NCBI GenBank assembly: GCA_009602725.1
Contig: WELB01000023.1
Coordinates: 857,977 to 891,972 of the forward strand
Direction of reading: 5' to 3'
Length of the DNA: 33,996 nt
Source: Spirogloea muscicola
Taxonomy: Eukaryota
The translations under genes were made by a program, and so were the position numbers. The notes beneath the pieces were generated by a model. The model ran no database searches, was not told the DNA's origin, and worked only from the letters and a program-made list of their open reading frames with translations. This document shows, piece after piece, positions 23,372 to 33,777 of the stretch. The stretch's first letter is position 1; every line of letters begins with the position of its first letter.

Positions 23372-24339
23372 ATGAAAGTTGCGCCCAGCACTGGCGCTGT
23401 GGCCGCGTTGCTAGTCCTGCTGCTAGCCCGCCTGACCCCAAGTGAGGCAGCAGCGGCAGTCCCTCCGGCAGCTGAGGATCCCAGCAATGACTTCGTCATC
23501 TTCAGCGAGGACCAGGCTTGGTCCTACGGCCAGCTTGCTCTCGGAAACAAAGCTTTGGAGGCCGATTTGCCTCAGCTAAAGCAGCTGCAGCAAGCTCCTG
23601 CCCGAGAAGAGGAGAAGCAAAACGACGTACAAGCACACAGTGCAGGTTTGCTTACATCCGAGCTCTCCATCTTGCTGCTGTCTTGCATCATTGACCAGTA
23701 CTTTTGGAAGGCCTCTTCACGAGGTTGCTGTCAGAATTTCCACATATACCAAATGTGGCACACATGGAAAACATTGCATCTTCAGCTGCAGTTGTTAGAC
23801 GTAATGTCCCTTGGGCCTTGTGTCATACTAAATTAGGACTCTGATAATTTTCCTGCACGACAGGCTTGAGGGGAGGGCACCATCGAAGAATTTCCATTTC
23901 TCAGAACCCAACTGTGTATGAAGTGACAGATGGTGATATCCAAGTATGGTACTTTCCCCTCCTTGGCAAGCTGTACAAAAGCAGTCCAGTGGTGCCTTGG
24001 CACCTCAATTGCACACGCTTGTCTTGCATTCAGGGGTCTGATGGCTAAAATTGAAGAAGAGCACAACATGGTCGCTGAGAATATCTGAACAGCCTTTGGT
24101 GGACCTTACCAACACACTATCAAATTGCAGCGACGATGCCTGAGTATCATCTGACCAGTAATTTCTGGCCGGCTTTGCAGAAGACGGTTGAGCAACTCAA
24201 CAAGATTGAGACTGCCCTTCAAGCTCTTCGGCGAGCACGAAAGGCTATCGTTTTGCAGCTTCCCCCTTCTTGGACGTACAGGAACCGAAAGTTTCTCTTA
24301 CACGAACCTTCATCGTATGACTCAATACCTGAAACCTAG
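23372..24339 (+). CDS. Hypothetical secreted protein (about 170 aa), 3 exons
   Basis: Exons 23372-23645, 23864-23943, 24181-24339 are joined by GT-AG introns with compatible phases (1, 0). Signal peptide MKVAPSTGAVAALLVLLLARLTPSEA. No recognised domain. Confidence 0.6.
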
Positions 24340-24496
24340 ATAGTATGACTCACATTCGTGAAATCTGCACATTGCAAGCACTGTAGTGGCAATCTCGAGG
24401 CTGGCAGGCAAACTGGCAAGATAATCTTCCAGATGCTTCCTTGCTGTTAATTAGGAATATATACAAATTTCTCTGTCTTAGAGGAGTTGTTGAATT

Positions 24497-24766
24497 AAGC
24501 CAAGAGAGCATGCAATTCCTGGAAAAATTCCACCCGTCTTCACCATCACGCTACTCGTGATGTAGATTTTGAAAAAGATTCTACAATTTTCAGCATCCAG
24601 ACCTTGTGTTTTGTTGCCCAATAGCCATTGAAATAAAGCCAAGAGAGCATGCAATTCCTGGAAAGTTCCACTGGTCTTCACCATCACGCTACTCTTGATT
24701 TTTAAATTTGGAAAAGATTCCACATTTTTAGCATCCAAACCTTGTGTTTTGTTGCCCAATAGCCAG
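24497..24766. repeat. Tandem duplication, two diverged copies of about 130 bp (period about 139 bp)
   Basis: AAGCCAAGAGAGCATGCAATTCCTGGAAA...GTCTTCACCATCACGCTACTC...ACCTTGTGTTTTGTTGCCCAATAGCCA occurs from about 24497 and again from about 24636. Confidence 0.9.
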
Positions 24767-26093
24767 TTTGCTTCAGGAAAGTCTCGTGGACATACTGGAA
24801 GTGTGACAAAGAAATTTGCCATGCCATCAGTTTCAGGCATACCTTGAGTTGTGGAACATAGGATGTTGTAGTCGTACTTGTCAAGCATATACAAGCAAGT
24901 CTGCTACGCAGGTAGAAATTGAGAGATCTTTCAGCTTCTCTGTCGTTAATGTAATCATTGCCGGCTAGTCATCGTTAGCAACAACTATTACTCTGCATAC
25001 GCTCCAGCAGATGGGCCAGACGGATGCTAGGCTGCCGCTGGCGCCTAGGGAGGGGGGGGCTTCTCAAAGTCTAGCCACGGCTCGCAATCAGTACAATCCC
25101 AGCAAGAAAACAAGCAAGACCTTACACCTGCCCATTAAGCAACTTCGTCCAGATATTGACGCCCCTGGGCGGCCTAGGTGAGAGGGTTGGGAGCGAGGAG
25201 AGCACCACCATGTAGACATCATCTGAGAATGATATGGCCACAGCTCGTATTGGTCACCTTCACGGACTTGGCAGCCCAGGCTGTGACCATTCCAAGTTGC
25301 CAAAAGCATAGTTAATTGACTCCAATAACGGTCACATTCTCTAATATGTGGATTATTACACTCCGCGCCCACCTTGGAGAAGCTACAGTCTTTCTCAGCG
25401 CAGTTTTGAAGCAAATTGTAATCCTTGAGGCCAATGGTGGTGGCATTGGCAGGCGGCAATGGTTCCCCAAACAGCTGCTATTCTAGCTGACGCTGTTGCA
25501 CGGAAGCATACAGTGTCATTGCAGGTTCAAGGGCCAAGGGCTGTGCGCAAGTTGGCCTGCAATCAACTGCCTTACTTTCCTGACCTCAGAATGCCTGTGC
25601 CTCACTTCCTCTGCTGGGCAGTGGGGACCTCTTGTGGCAGTTCCATATGGGAGTCTAAGTGGAATCCAGGATGACCTCTACAGGTCACACTGAGCACACG
25701 ATGTGATGTCAAAGACCATAGGACTTCGTGTGCTAGTTGCTAGGAGTAAAAGTCTAAGTGAGCAAGTAGTCCAACTGGCAAAGTGGCAATGGGGTCGCAA
25801 GTAGCTGCTGGCTGCCCAAGGTGCAGGACCATCGGGCAGCTGGCGACTCGAGGCAAGTAGAAGCTCGGCAGCCACTTGGTCAGCCTACAAACTGCTGAGC
25901 CTCATCGTCCTGCACTTGTGCGGCGAGGTCGAAGGCGTTTGCAAAGCGAGGCCGGGTCTCCCTGCTCAAGGAAGCTCGGCCAAGCTTGGCCAAGAGCGAC
26001 CCACTCTCTCACTCACAATCCTGATGTTGGGTGCTGAACGTGAGCGTCGGCGAAGGACGGGCATGCTTGAGGAGGGCAAACGCCATATGGCAG

Positions 26094-26886
26094 TCAGGCA
26101 CCTTCAGAGCGCTGCTGCTGAACCTCTTCGTCATAGCGTCGCCTGTCCTCCTCAGCCCGGATCTTATACGGCTGCTTTTCTTCAGGCGACAGCTTCAACC
26201 ACCGCTGCACATGCTGGGCGTGGCTCAGCATCTCACAGTGCATGTACGCGTCAACGTACCTCTCCTTCTTAGGCAAATGTATCTCGAGGCCGGCAGGCTC
26301 CGGACGAATGCCGCTGGCAGCTCAGTGGCCCCGACGAGAGCCCGCATGCACTACATGCAAGGCCGCAGGCAGAGGCACGCTGAGGTGTGCCCCACGCCCG
26401 CTGGCAAGCTCCGTGTCAGCTCGCAGTCAAGCTGCAGGTAGGCACTGGCCGGAGACTGGACTGACCTCGCCGAGGGCCTTGCTGAGCTCGCCGAAGGAGA
26501 GGCTGGGCTGCTCCTCCTTCATGGCCGTCCGCTTCTCGATGCTGAAGTACAGATAGGCCGACATTGGCCGCTTGGGCCCGCGGCGGGCGAGGCTCTTCGC
26601 CGGGCTCCGGGTCGCGAGCGCCCGGGCGGCGACGCCGCCGCCGCCGCCTTCGCCGGCTGCCGACCTGCGCCACCGCCATTGTCAATGGCAGGTCGTCAAG
26701 CATGGTTAGAGGCGACTCTCTCAGCGACGCAGCCCGCAGCCCGCAGCCCGCGTGGTGTGCACCGGACGAAGCCAGCTCGGCGAGAGGCTCCGCCAAAGGC
26801 TGTCCGAAGGCTGTGCGTGGCAGCTGGCCGCCGCACCTTGAGAGCGCGGCCCGCCAGGGCGCCGCCAGCAGGCCCCGGAGCGCCAT
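26094..26886 (-). CDS. Small single HMG-box protein with putative organellar (mitochondrial-type) presequence, 3 exons
   Basis: Exons 26837-26886, 26466-26664, 26094-26204 (GT-AG, phases 2 and 0) give MALRGLLAAPWRAALSRSAAGEGGGGGVAARALATRSPAKSLARRGPKRPMSAYLYFSIEKRTAMKEEQPSLSFGELSKALGERWLKLSPEEKQPYKIRAEEDRRRYDEEVQQQRSEGA*, a canonical HMG box (PKRPxSAY..F...F.E..K.LGE.W..LS.EEK.PY...A.ED..RY). An extra short 3' exon is possible. Confidence 0.85.
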
Positions 26887-27044
26887 GGCCGCCGCGCCAC
26901 GCTAGGCGCCTCTCCCGGCTCGGCCGCGGCTGGCGAAGGCGGAAAGGCTTGCCTGTCCGCCGTCTCAGCTCACGCCTTGTGTCTTCACTGTGTCACCGGC
27001 GTCGCCTGCTAGCTACTCAGATTTGCATCTACTGACGAGAGGTT

Positions 27045-27483
27045 ACGAAGAAAGCGGCTGCTGATATTAAAAGAGCGGCTGTGAAAGCCAGCCAGATGCA
27101 TACATGCATGAACACATAGGTGTTCATGACGGAGCCACAGGCTAGAGAGCCAGGGCGCTCTTAGTAACCCCGTGTCAGCAGTAGGAAGTCAGATGAGCTG
27201 AGGGGAGGAAGAGCAACCCCGCTGCGCAAGCCAGAGGCTGCTGCAAGGGCACGACCAGCGCGGCGATGCAAAGCAAGCGCTTGGGAACGCTGTAGCGACA
27301 TAGACAAACGCATACGGTCGCAGGACACAAGACCCAAAGGCACCGAGCCACCGGGAAGGGCTGCACCCTGTTCCCGGCGCCGCTGGTCAGCTTGAGATGC
27401 CAGCAGCGAAAGTAACGAGGACCACCGACCCCCGTAACACCCATGGATGTCCATGGCCAGGGGGTAAAAGGTATCACCCGCCG
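27045..27483 (-). mobile_element. 5'-truncated CRE-like retrotransposon 3' end (family D)
   Basis: GDTFYPLAMDIHGCYGGRWSSLL...RMRLSMSLQRSQALALHRRAGRAL...SSDFLLLTRGY* (stop ends 27161), followed by a UTR ending GGCTGGCTTTCACAGCCGCTCTTTTAATATCAGCAGCCGCTTTCTTC. Confidence 0.85.
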
Positions 27484-27484
27484 N

Positions 27485-28605
27485 TTCGCCAGTGCGAGTG
27501 TGGCCACACTGCCGACGACAAGCTCGCCCTCACTGCGCACATGCTGAGGTGTGGTGAGGGGGGTGAGCGCATCGCCTCGCACGACTTACTGAGGGATGCT
27601 ATGTTTGGAATTGTGCGCGAGGCGGGGTACCACCCGGCGCTGGAAGTGTCTGGTATCATGCCCATCTCCTCAAGGCGCGGCAAGCCCTACGTGCGGCGCC
27701 TGGACGTGGTCGGCACCCCCCGGGGCGGTGGGCCTCGTTTGCTCCTGGACGTGGTCCTGATTGACGCATACAAGGCTGGCGCACCCACGTCAACCGTGTC
27801 TGGTTGGGCCACGTCCAGCGCCGAGCGCAAGAAGGAGCGGCACTACCAGGACCATCCTCGAGGGGACCATCTTTATCCGTGTGCCATGGATATCTACGGA
27901 GGCTACGGCGCAAAATGGTCCTCCCTGCTCCAGCATCTGGCCCGGCTGGTTGATGCGCGTCGTCGAAGTCGGGGGGGCAGCTTGGGCCACTCCAGCATTC
28001 CGAAGGCCTTAGTTGCATATTATAGAATGCGGCTCTTGCTTAGTTTGCAGCGCTCGCAAGCATTGGCTATTCATCAACGTGCAGGGCGTGCTCTAAGTCA
28101 GGCCTCCGGCTCTCGTGGTGGCGCTCCAGCTCCCCAAGTTAGCTTGTCAGATTTGTTTGTGCTCTCCCGTGGATACTAGTGTCACCTTAGGCACCTTAGT
28201 TTAGGTCTCCGCATCATGTAGTCTTGTTTAGTTTGCACTAGCCTCTGCTTTGAACAATGTATTGGCTTGAATAAGCCTCCCTTTCAATTTCATGCGCACC
28301 GCGCGCCTTCTCTCACCTTGTCCATTCCCACGTCCAATCCTGCTCTTCTTCTGGGGGGGCCTCTCCGAGCCACCAGTCAATCTGGCCGCGAATTCCTTTT
28401 TAGTTTTCCCCCAGAGCCATTGCCCCACATTGGAAGAAGTGGCACTTGCAACGTGGGCAAGGGCTGTGAAAAGCCAGCCCGAAAGAATTGGAAGAGCAGT
28501 TCTGTGTATTCCACTTTGGGCCTGGCCGTTTCCATTCTTGTCCATTCTTGTCTGGGCTGGCTTTTTCCAGCCCCTATCCTCAATGGGCGAGCCCTTCTTC
28601 TTTGC
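27485..28605 (+). mobile_element. CRE-like retrotransposon fragment: CCHC knuckle plus restriction-like endonuclease, 3'UTR and stacked 3'-end copies
   Basis: Open frame to 28179: CEC-x12-HMLRC zinc knuckle, SHD (RHD/RHN-like), RRLDV...LLLDV (PD..D-like), AERKKERHY (KxxxY), AMDIYGG, RLLLSLQRSQA, LSDLFVLSRGY*. UTR-type motifs at 28365-28400 and 28540-28603. Confidence 0.88.
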
Positions 28606-28938
28606 TAGCCTGTCGTGCGACAGGGCGTCGACTGCCACATGACGTCGAGAAGTCAGATCATACGAAAGTAGGCAACAAATCAGGCTCTACGTGGTGGGCA
28701 CTCAAGGAAATGAGGTGAAAAAAAGGTCTGCGAGATGTTAAGTAGCTACATCGATGTTGAAAGACAACAGTACAGAAAATCACAGAATAGGAGTAACCAA
28801 CAGATGATGTGGTTGGCAATTGAGAACTTGGAATGAAATGAACAATTTATCCCCCCCCCCAGCTGCAAGTCCTTGGACAGGCAAAGGAGNCCCCACTGCA
28901 AGTCCTGGCATAGGCGAAGGAATTGGGTCTGATTCCAG

Positions 28939-29071
28939 ACAAGTTCTGCAGAACCATCATCTGTGGGCATGCTAGTAAGCGGTGGCGTTAGACAATGATG
29001 TACCACCCTCTATCACAGACAGAACACAATAGCATGACAGCAACTGAATTTCCTTGACAGCAAAGGTCACA
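28939..29071 (-). pseudogene. Decayed PHD finger coding remnant, probably transposon-borne
   Basis: With two 1-nt frameshifts it reads CDLCCQGNSVAVMLLCSVCDRGWY(I)-HCLTPPLTSMPTD(D)-WFCRTC, i.e. C4HC3 spacing with the His apparently changed to Tyr (CAC>TAC). Intronless. A G10 tract follows on the same strand at 28851-28860. Confidence 0.8.
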
Positions 29072-29224
29072 CGATTGTGTGGATTGCGCATCATAGGAGG
29101 ATCAATGTAGTCAAACATCATCAAACATAAACATCACGAACAAATTGCATAATAATCCAGCAGAATTATGTTCCGAAAACAAATTACACACATAATGCAC
29201 AAACGAGAAATCCAAACAAGCCAC

Positions 29225-29712
29225 AAAGTACCCTCAATGAGGGTTGCTCTTAGGAAACAGTAACCAAGGCAGTACCCTCAGAGAGGGTTTCACGAGTAAC
29301 AGTATCACGGATTGATAATAGTGACAGTATCACGGATCATTTGTAGTGACAGTAACAAGTTCAAGGGCACTAACCCAGGTAACCGAACCGAGCCAGGAAA
29401 TGTCCGAAGGACAAACTCCCATGAAACGTGGCAACAGTGGCAAGATGCAAAAGATGCCACTTCATGATGCACCAGATGCAGTAGATATAGTCTCACAACG
29501 AGTTCGATTGGCCTAGTGAACGAGATCGGAAGGAAAGCCACAAGCAAAGCGTGCGAACAAGAAACCAGAACGAGCCAAAAAGTACCCTCAAAGAGAGTTT
29601 CAAAAGTAACAGTAACTCAAACCAAGGGAGTGGCCCAGAGTAACAGCGAATTCGAACCAAGGGAGTGGCCCAGAGTAACAGAGAACTTCGAGTAACAATG
29701 GCAAGATGCCAA
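29225..29712. repeat. Non-coding region built of short dispersed and tandem repeats
   Basis: AGTACCCTCA..GAG(G/A)GTT three times (about 29228, 29271, 29581); CAGTATCACGGAT twice; AACCAAGGGAGTGGCCCAGAGTAACAG twice (about 29620, 29655); several AGTAACA. Confidence 0.65.
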
Positions 29713-30653
29713 TGAAACAAGCTCACAATGCAGTGGATGCAATCGAGCACAATGTGAGTCGCTTGCGTATATTTGCCAAGGCACTCCGAAGGTCCAAGGT
29801 TAGCCTTGGAGGCAGTTTCGCACAAGGTCGCGATGTTCGCGGCTTACCAATTGCGTGCCCGGTCGGACGCGACCGGATGCGGGGCTCGTTGGGGTAAGGC
29901 TCTCTGCAGGCCTGTGTTCTGTGCCTGTGCCCACGCCTTCTTGGCGTGGCCCTGGTTGCGCGCGCTGCGCTTACTGGGAAGCGGCACCAGCAGCGGCGGC
30001 GGCAGCGGCAGTGGCGGCAGCAAAGGTTGGTAACAGCCAAAGGGAGAGACTAGGCCGATCGAACTGCTCGGCCCCGGCCCTCCACACCCTTTATGCTTGG
30101 TCAGATAAAGAATTACATCGTTTGTTGGGGTGGGCCATTTGGCCCATCTGGACCCCCAGGTCTTGAAGGCCAGTGTAGCCCGAGACTCGCATCTACCACT
30201 ACCTACCAATTCCCCACCAATGCCCAGCCGGTTGTTCACGGCTTATCGAGTTGTATAACGCCTTTCGACGTGCTTTCGCGAGCTTTCTCGGCCTATAATG
30301 GAGGGGGCTTTGTGTGGTCTGGGTGGCAAGATGGGCACTGCTCTGCACGCCGTTGATGGAGGAGGCAAGGGCTCAGCATCGGATGGTGCGCCAGCTCCCA
30401 GCCAGATCTGGGCGTATCTTCTTGACCGAAGCGGGTTGGAGGTGCCGCGCTCGCGACCCCATCTTCACACCAGGTTGAGAAATGACGCACCCTCGGAAAT
30501 CCACGTGAGCAGCCACCTCCGCATCCTTGTCATCACCGACACCAATGAGCCACCGACGGGATATCGCACGACAAGCACCTCTTTTGCTATGGGCGAGCAA
30601 TTTCTTCTTTACTGATGCCACAGCCACCGCCCGCTCTGCATCGCCCCCTTTCG

Positions 30654-31307
30654 GGTGAGGTGGAGACCCTCCATTCCACCAGGGGCGCGCGCCAAGGGGA
30701 CCCACTGGCGGGGTTCTACTACGCGCTGGCACACCACCGCGCGCTCCAGGCAACGGTCGCGGCTCACCCTGGCGTCCTGGTGCCGACGTACGCTGATGAC
30801 ACTACTCTGGTGGAACCGCCTGCGGGCGTCGTGGCAGCCTTTGCCACCCTTCAAGTGCAGCTGAGCGCGATCGGCCTGGACATTCGGGCGGACAAACGCA
30901 GCGCCTGGTCCCCCAGGGCCTGCCAGCCCACCTGCGCCTGTAGCTGCTCCGTCACAAAGGCAGGTGCGCCTAGGGGAACGCCGAGGAGTGTGAGGCCCCT
31001 GGCTGGTGTCTGGCAGCCAAAGGGCAGGCGCAGGTGGGCTGGCAGGCCATGGGGGGACCAGGCGCTGCATTTGTCCGCCCGAATGTCCAGGCCGATCGCG
31101 CTCAGCTGCACTTGGAGGGTGGCAAAGGCTGCCACGACGCCCGCAGGCGGACCCACCAGAGTGGTGTCATCAGCGTACGTCGGCACCAGGACGCCAGGGT
31201 GAGCTGCGACTGTTGCCTGGAGCGCGCGGTGGTGTGCCAGCGCGTAGTAGAACCCCGCCAGTGGGTCCGCGCGCGCCCCTGGTGGAATGGAGGGTCTCCA
31301 CCTCACC
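30654..31307. repeat. Long inverted repeat (arms 30654-30940 and 31025-31307, 84-bp spacer) made of RT coding sequence
   Basis: The + arm is the near-perfect reverse complement of the other arm; both encode EVETLHSTRGAR...PTYADDTTLV...SAWSP. Confidence 0.95.
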
Positions 31308-32435
31308 ACCCCCCGTCCCCAACAGCAGGTCGCAGGGCTGACCATACCCCAGCCTGAAGAAGGGTAGAAGGCTGGGGAAGGCCTCTCTCAGCTGCTCCTC
31401 CGCAATGACCTCCCGATCAACGCAGCTGAATGTGTTGCGGACGTCGACTGCCATGGCCCACCCACTCGGGGTGCAGGTCCAGGGCGGCCCGTACGCCATG
31501 CACGACCGTCTCCCCACCGCTCCGCAGCCCCGCGCCAAACTGTTGGGGCGCCAGGTGTGCTTGGGCCTGCCCCGCGTGCTGTTGCCATAGCGCGCGCCCC
31601 ACCAGACGGTAGACCACTTCCCCAATGGCGATGGGCCTGACCCCCCCGCCGGCCTTGCCGAGCACCAGCAGTGTACTGGTGCACAGGACGTCGCAAATGC
31701 TGGCTGCGACCTGGTCGCGAGCGAGGAGCTGGCACACCTGATGGAGCGGCGCGAAGTCTGCGGGGTCCCCCTCCAGGGAGAGCTCGCGGAGATCCTCGGT
31801 GAGCATGTGTGACGGACCTCCAGCTGCTGCGCAACGGCTGCTCTGTAGGGCCTGCTGTAGAGCGTCGGTGTCGAGGGCCACCTCCTCCGGCGGTGCGAAG
31901 GTGGCCAGCCACGGAGGCAGGGGGGAGCGGGCCTCAGGGTGCAGGGACTCCAGGGCCGCCCATGTGGCTGCGTTGGTTGGCGCCAGCACTGAGTCGTCCA
32001 GGGCCTGGACTGCCCTAGACAACTCGCCCGCATGACAGAAGCGCAATGCCCGGCGGACGTTGGCGGCCCTGTCTGGCGCTGCCCGGACGCAGGAGGTGGC
32101 GAGGACGACGGGGAGCGGCGACAGCGCTGGTGGCAGAGGCGCGGCGCGGGGCTGCCGCCTCAGCCTGATCCTTGGACGAGGCGCCCGGACCACCTCGCAC
32201 AGGTGCTTGGCTTGGAGGTACTCCGGGCTCTGACTCCGTTGGCGGCGCCGTGAAAGCGCGGTAGGGGCGACGGGGAGCGGTGCGGCAGAGGCGCGGGCGG
32301 CGGCGGCGGGCGGCATGGCGACAGCGGGAGCTGCGGCGGCGGCGGGTGCGAGGGACAGGCCGGGAGGGGGCCGACGCGCCGAAGACCACATGGCGGGCGC
32401 CGCCGGCAGCGACGCTGACGGCGGCCCGGGGTTTA
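30941..32435 (-). pseudogene. CRE-clade-like non-LTR reverse transcriptase, frameshifted and 3'-truncated
   Basis: GELSRAVQAL, SLHP, AGGPS, LGKAGGGVRPIAIGEVVYRL, QQFGAG..GGE..VH, AVDVRNTFSCVDR, RGAR(QG)DPL, YADD, GL...DKC, LLGVPLG. Frameshifts near 31455 and 31268. Confidence 0.9.
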
Positions 32436-32616
32436 GGAGGGCTTTCCTTTTGTCCACCTGAGGAAATTCCTTGTTCTCTGCAAAGTCAAAGGAGACAGCG
32501 GGGGGTGGCTGAGGTGGCATCCAATACCAGCCTGCTTTGTAGACGCCATGGACGCCATAGACGCCACATCGGTGTGCCGCTTTTATCCCACCACGAGCTG
32601 TCGGACCCTCCACGGG

Positions 32617-32738
32617 GTTTATGTTTTGACCCGTGGTTATTGAGCGGGTCAATCTGCTGTAGGTTATGTAGATTTTTAGATGTGCTTGCCTTTGTACCTG
32701 GCCATTTGGCCTACATTTCTTTCTAATACACGATCTTT
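32617..32738 (+). mobile_element. 122-bp family-A 3'-end insertion with 8-bp TSD
   Basis: Encodes YVLTRGY* followed by the family-A UTR. TCCACGGG is duplicated at 32609-32616 and 32739-32746. Confidence 0.88.
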
Positions 32739-33125
32739 TCCACGGGCATAGCCTCGGGGTACAAAGATCCATCGTCTGCGTATTCTCTATCATCCCACAC
32801 TTGGGTGCGCTGCCTGCTCTTTCCATCTCTACATTCTTCTTCCATTCCTGCCGGGCGCGCTGCTAGCCTTCTTCCTGCCGGGCGCGCTGCTTGCCTTCTA
32901 CAACCTGCTTGGAGTCTCTGGTTCATTCTTTGCTTGCTTGCTTGCTTCTGATTCTCCATCATTTGCATTCACTTCTGTTGCTTCCTTTCCAGATATCAAT
33001 CTCTTCGGTTCCCTTCATATTTCTGGTCATATCAACTGACTGAGGTGTCGTTATTGAATTATCGGTGTTGTTGTTATTGAGTTATCCTGCATCATGTGCG
33101 CAGCAATCAGCCGCAGCTGTCCAAG

Positions 33126-33608
33126 ATGATAGATCATGATACAGCCGAAGAGCTCCTGTTACATGACGAAGACTTCCCTCCCAACTATGTCAACATGGTG
33201 CACCCAAAAGACTACGAGATTACAAACAGCTGTTCTTCGGCGGAGTTTATCATGCACTCTAGGTTTGGTTGCCACGACAGGCTCATTGCAAGGGTATCCT
33301 GGAAGCTGCAAGACAACCAGTAAATGCCGCTTAGTTTCGTCTGCAACACAGGAGCACCTTCACACTTATACCTCTCTATAAGGACAATCAACGAGCTTTC
33401 CAAGTACGACGTGCTGAGGACAGACGAATTTGGCACTCCGTATGTAGAGATATTCAGGAACAACGTGAAAACGTTCCTTGCCAAGAAAGAAGAGACGCCG
33501 CATGTGCCCAAGATTGCCAACATCATAGGGCTCAAAGCCCTGCAAAAGCTGGAATTGCACCTAAAAGACGACGGCTTCTCGTTTAACACAGACTTTGCGC
33601 ACTTTTAG
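33126..33608 (+). pseudogene. Intronless retropepsin-like (aspartyl-protease fold) ORF interrupted by one in-frame stop
   Basis: ORFs 33096-33323 and 33324-33608 are in the same frame, separated only by TAA. The product has PLSFVCNTGAP (hydrophobic-hydrophobic-D-T-G-A-like, with N for D) and a downstream ANIIGLKAL (I-I/L-G motif). Confidence 0.6.
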
Positions 33609-33777
33609 AGCCCATCGGACGCCTTACCATGTATGATAGCAGATGTTCCTTGTTATCTGTACCGTCAGGCCCTGCGTAGTGCGGCATTACGAGTTTGGTG
33701 CCTATCCCTGTAATGTCATCTTGCGGGTGCCTCAAACTCGTGTGCGGATGTACTTAGTGGCTTGGGCCACGGCCTCT

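Noticed and set aside
22967..23836. 289-aa ORF as a single-exon gene
   Set aside because: It starts at a non-ATG codon, runs through a retroelement micro-insertion and into intron 1; the spliced model from ATG 23372 fits better.
24478..25900. ORFs 24478-24894 and 25088-25459 as a gene
   Set aside because: The first is partly produced by the tandem duplication; no motifs or coherent exon chain were found.
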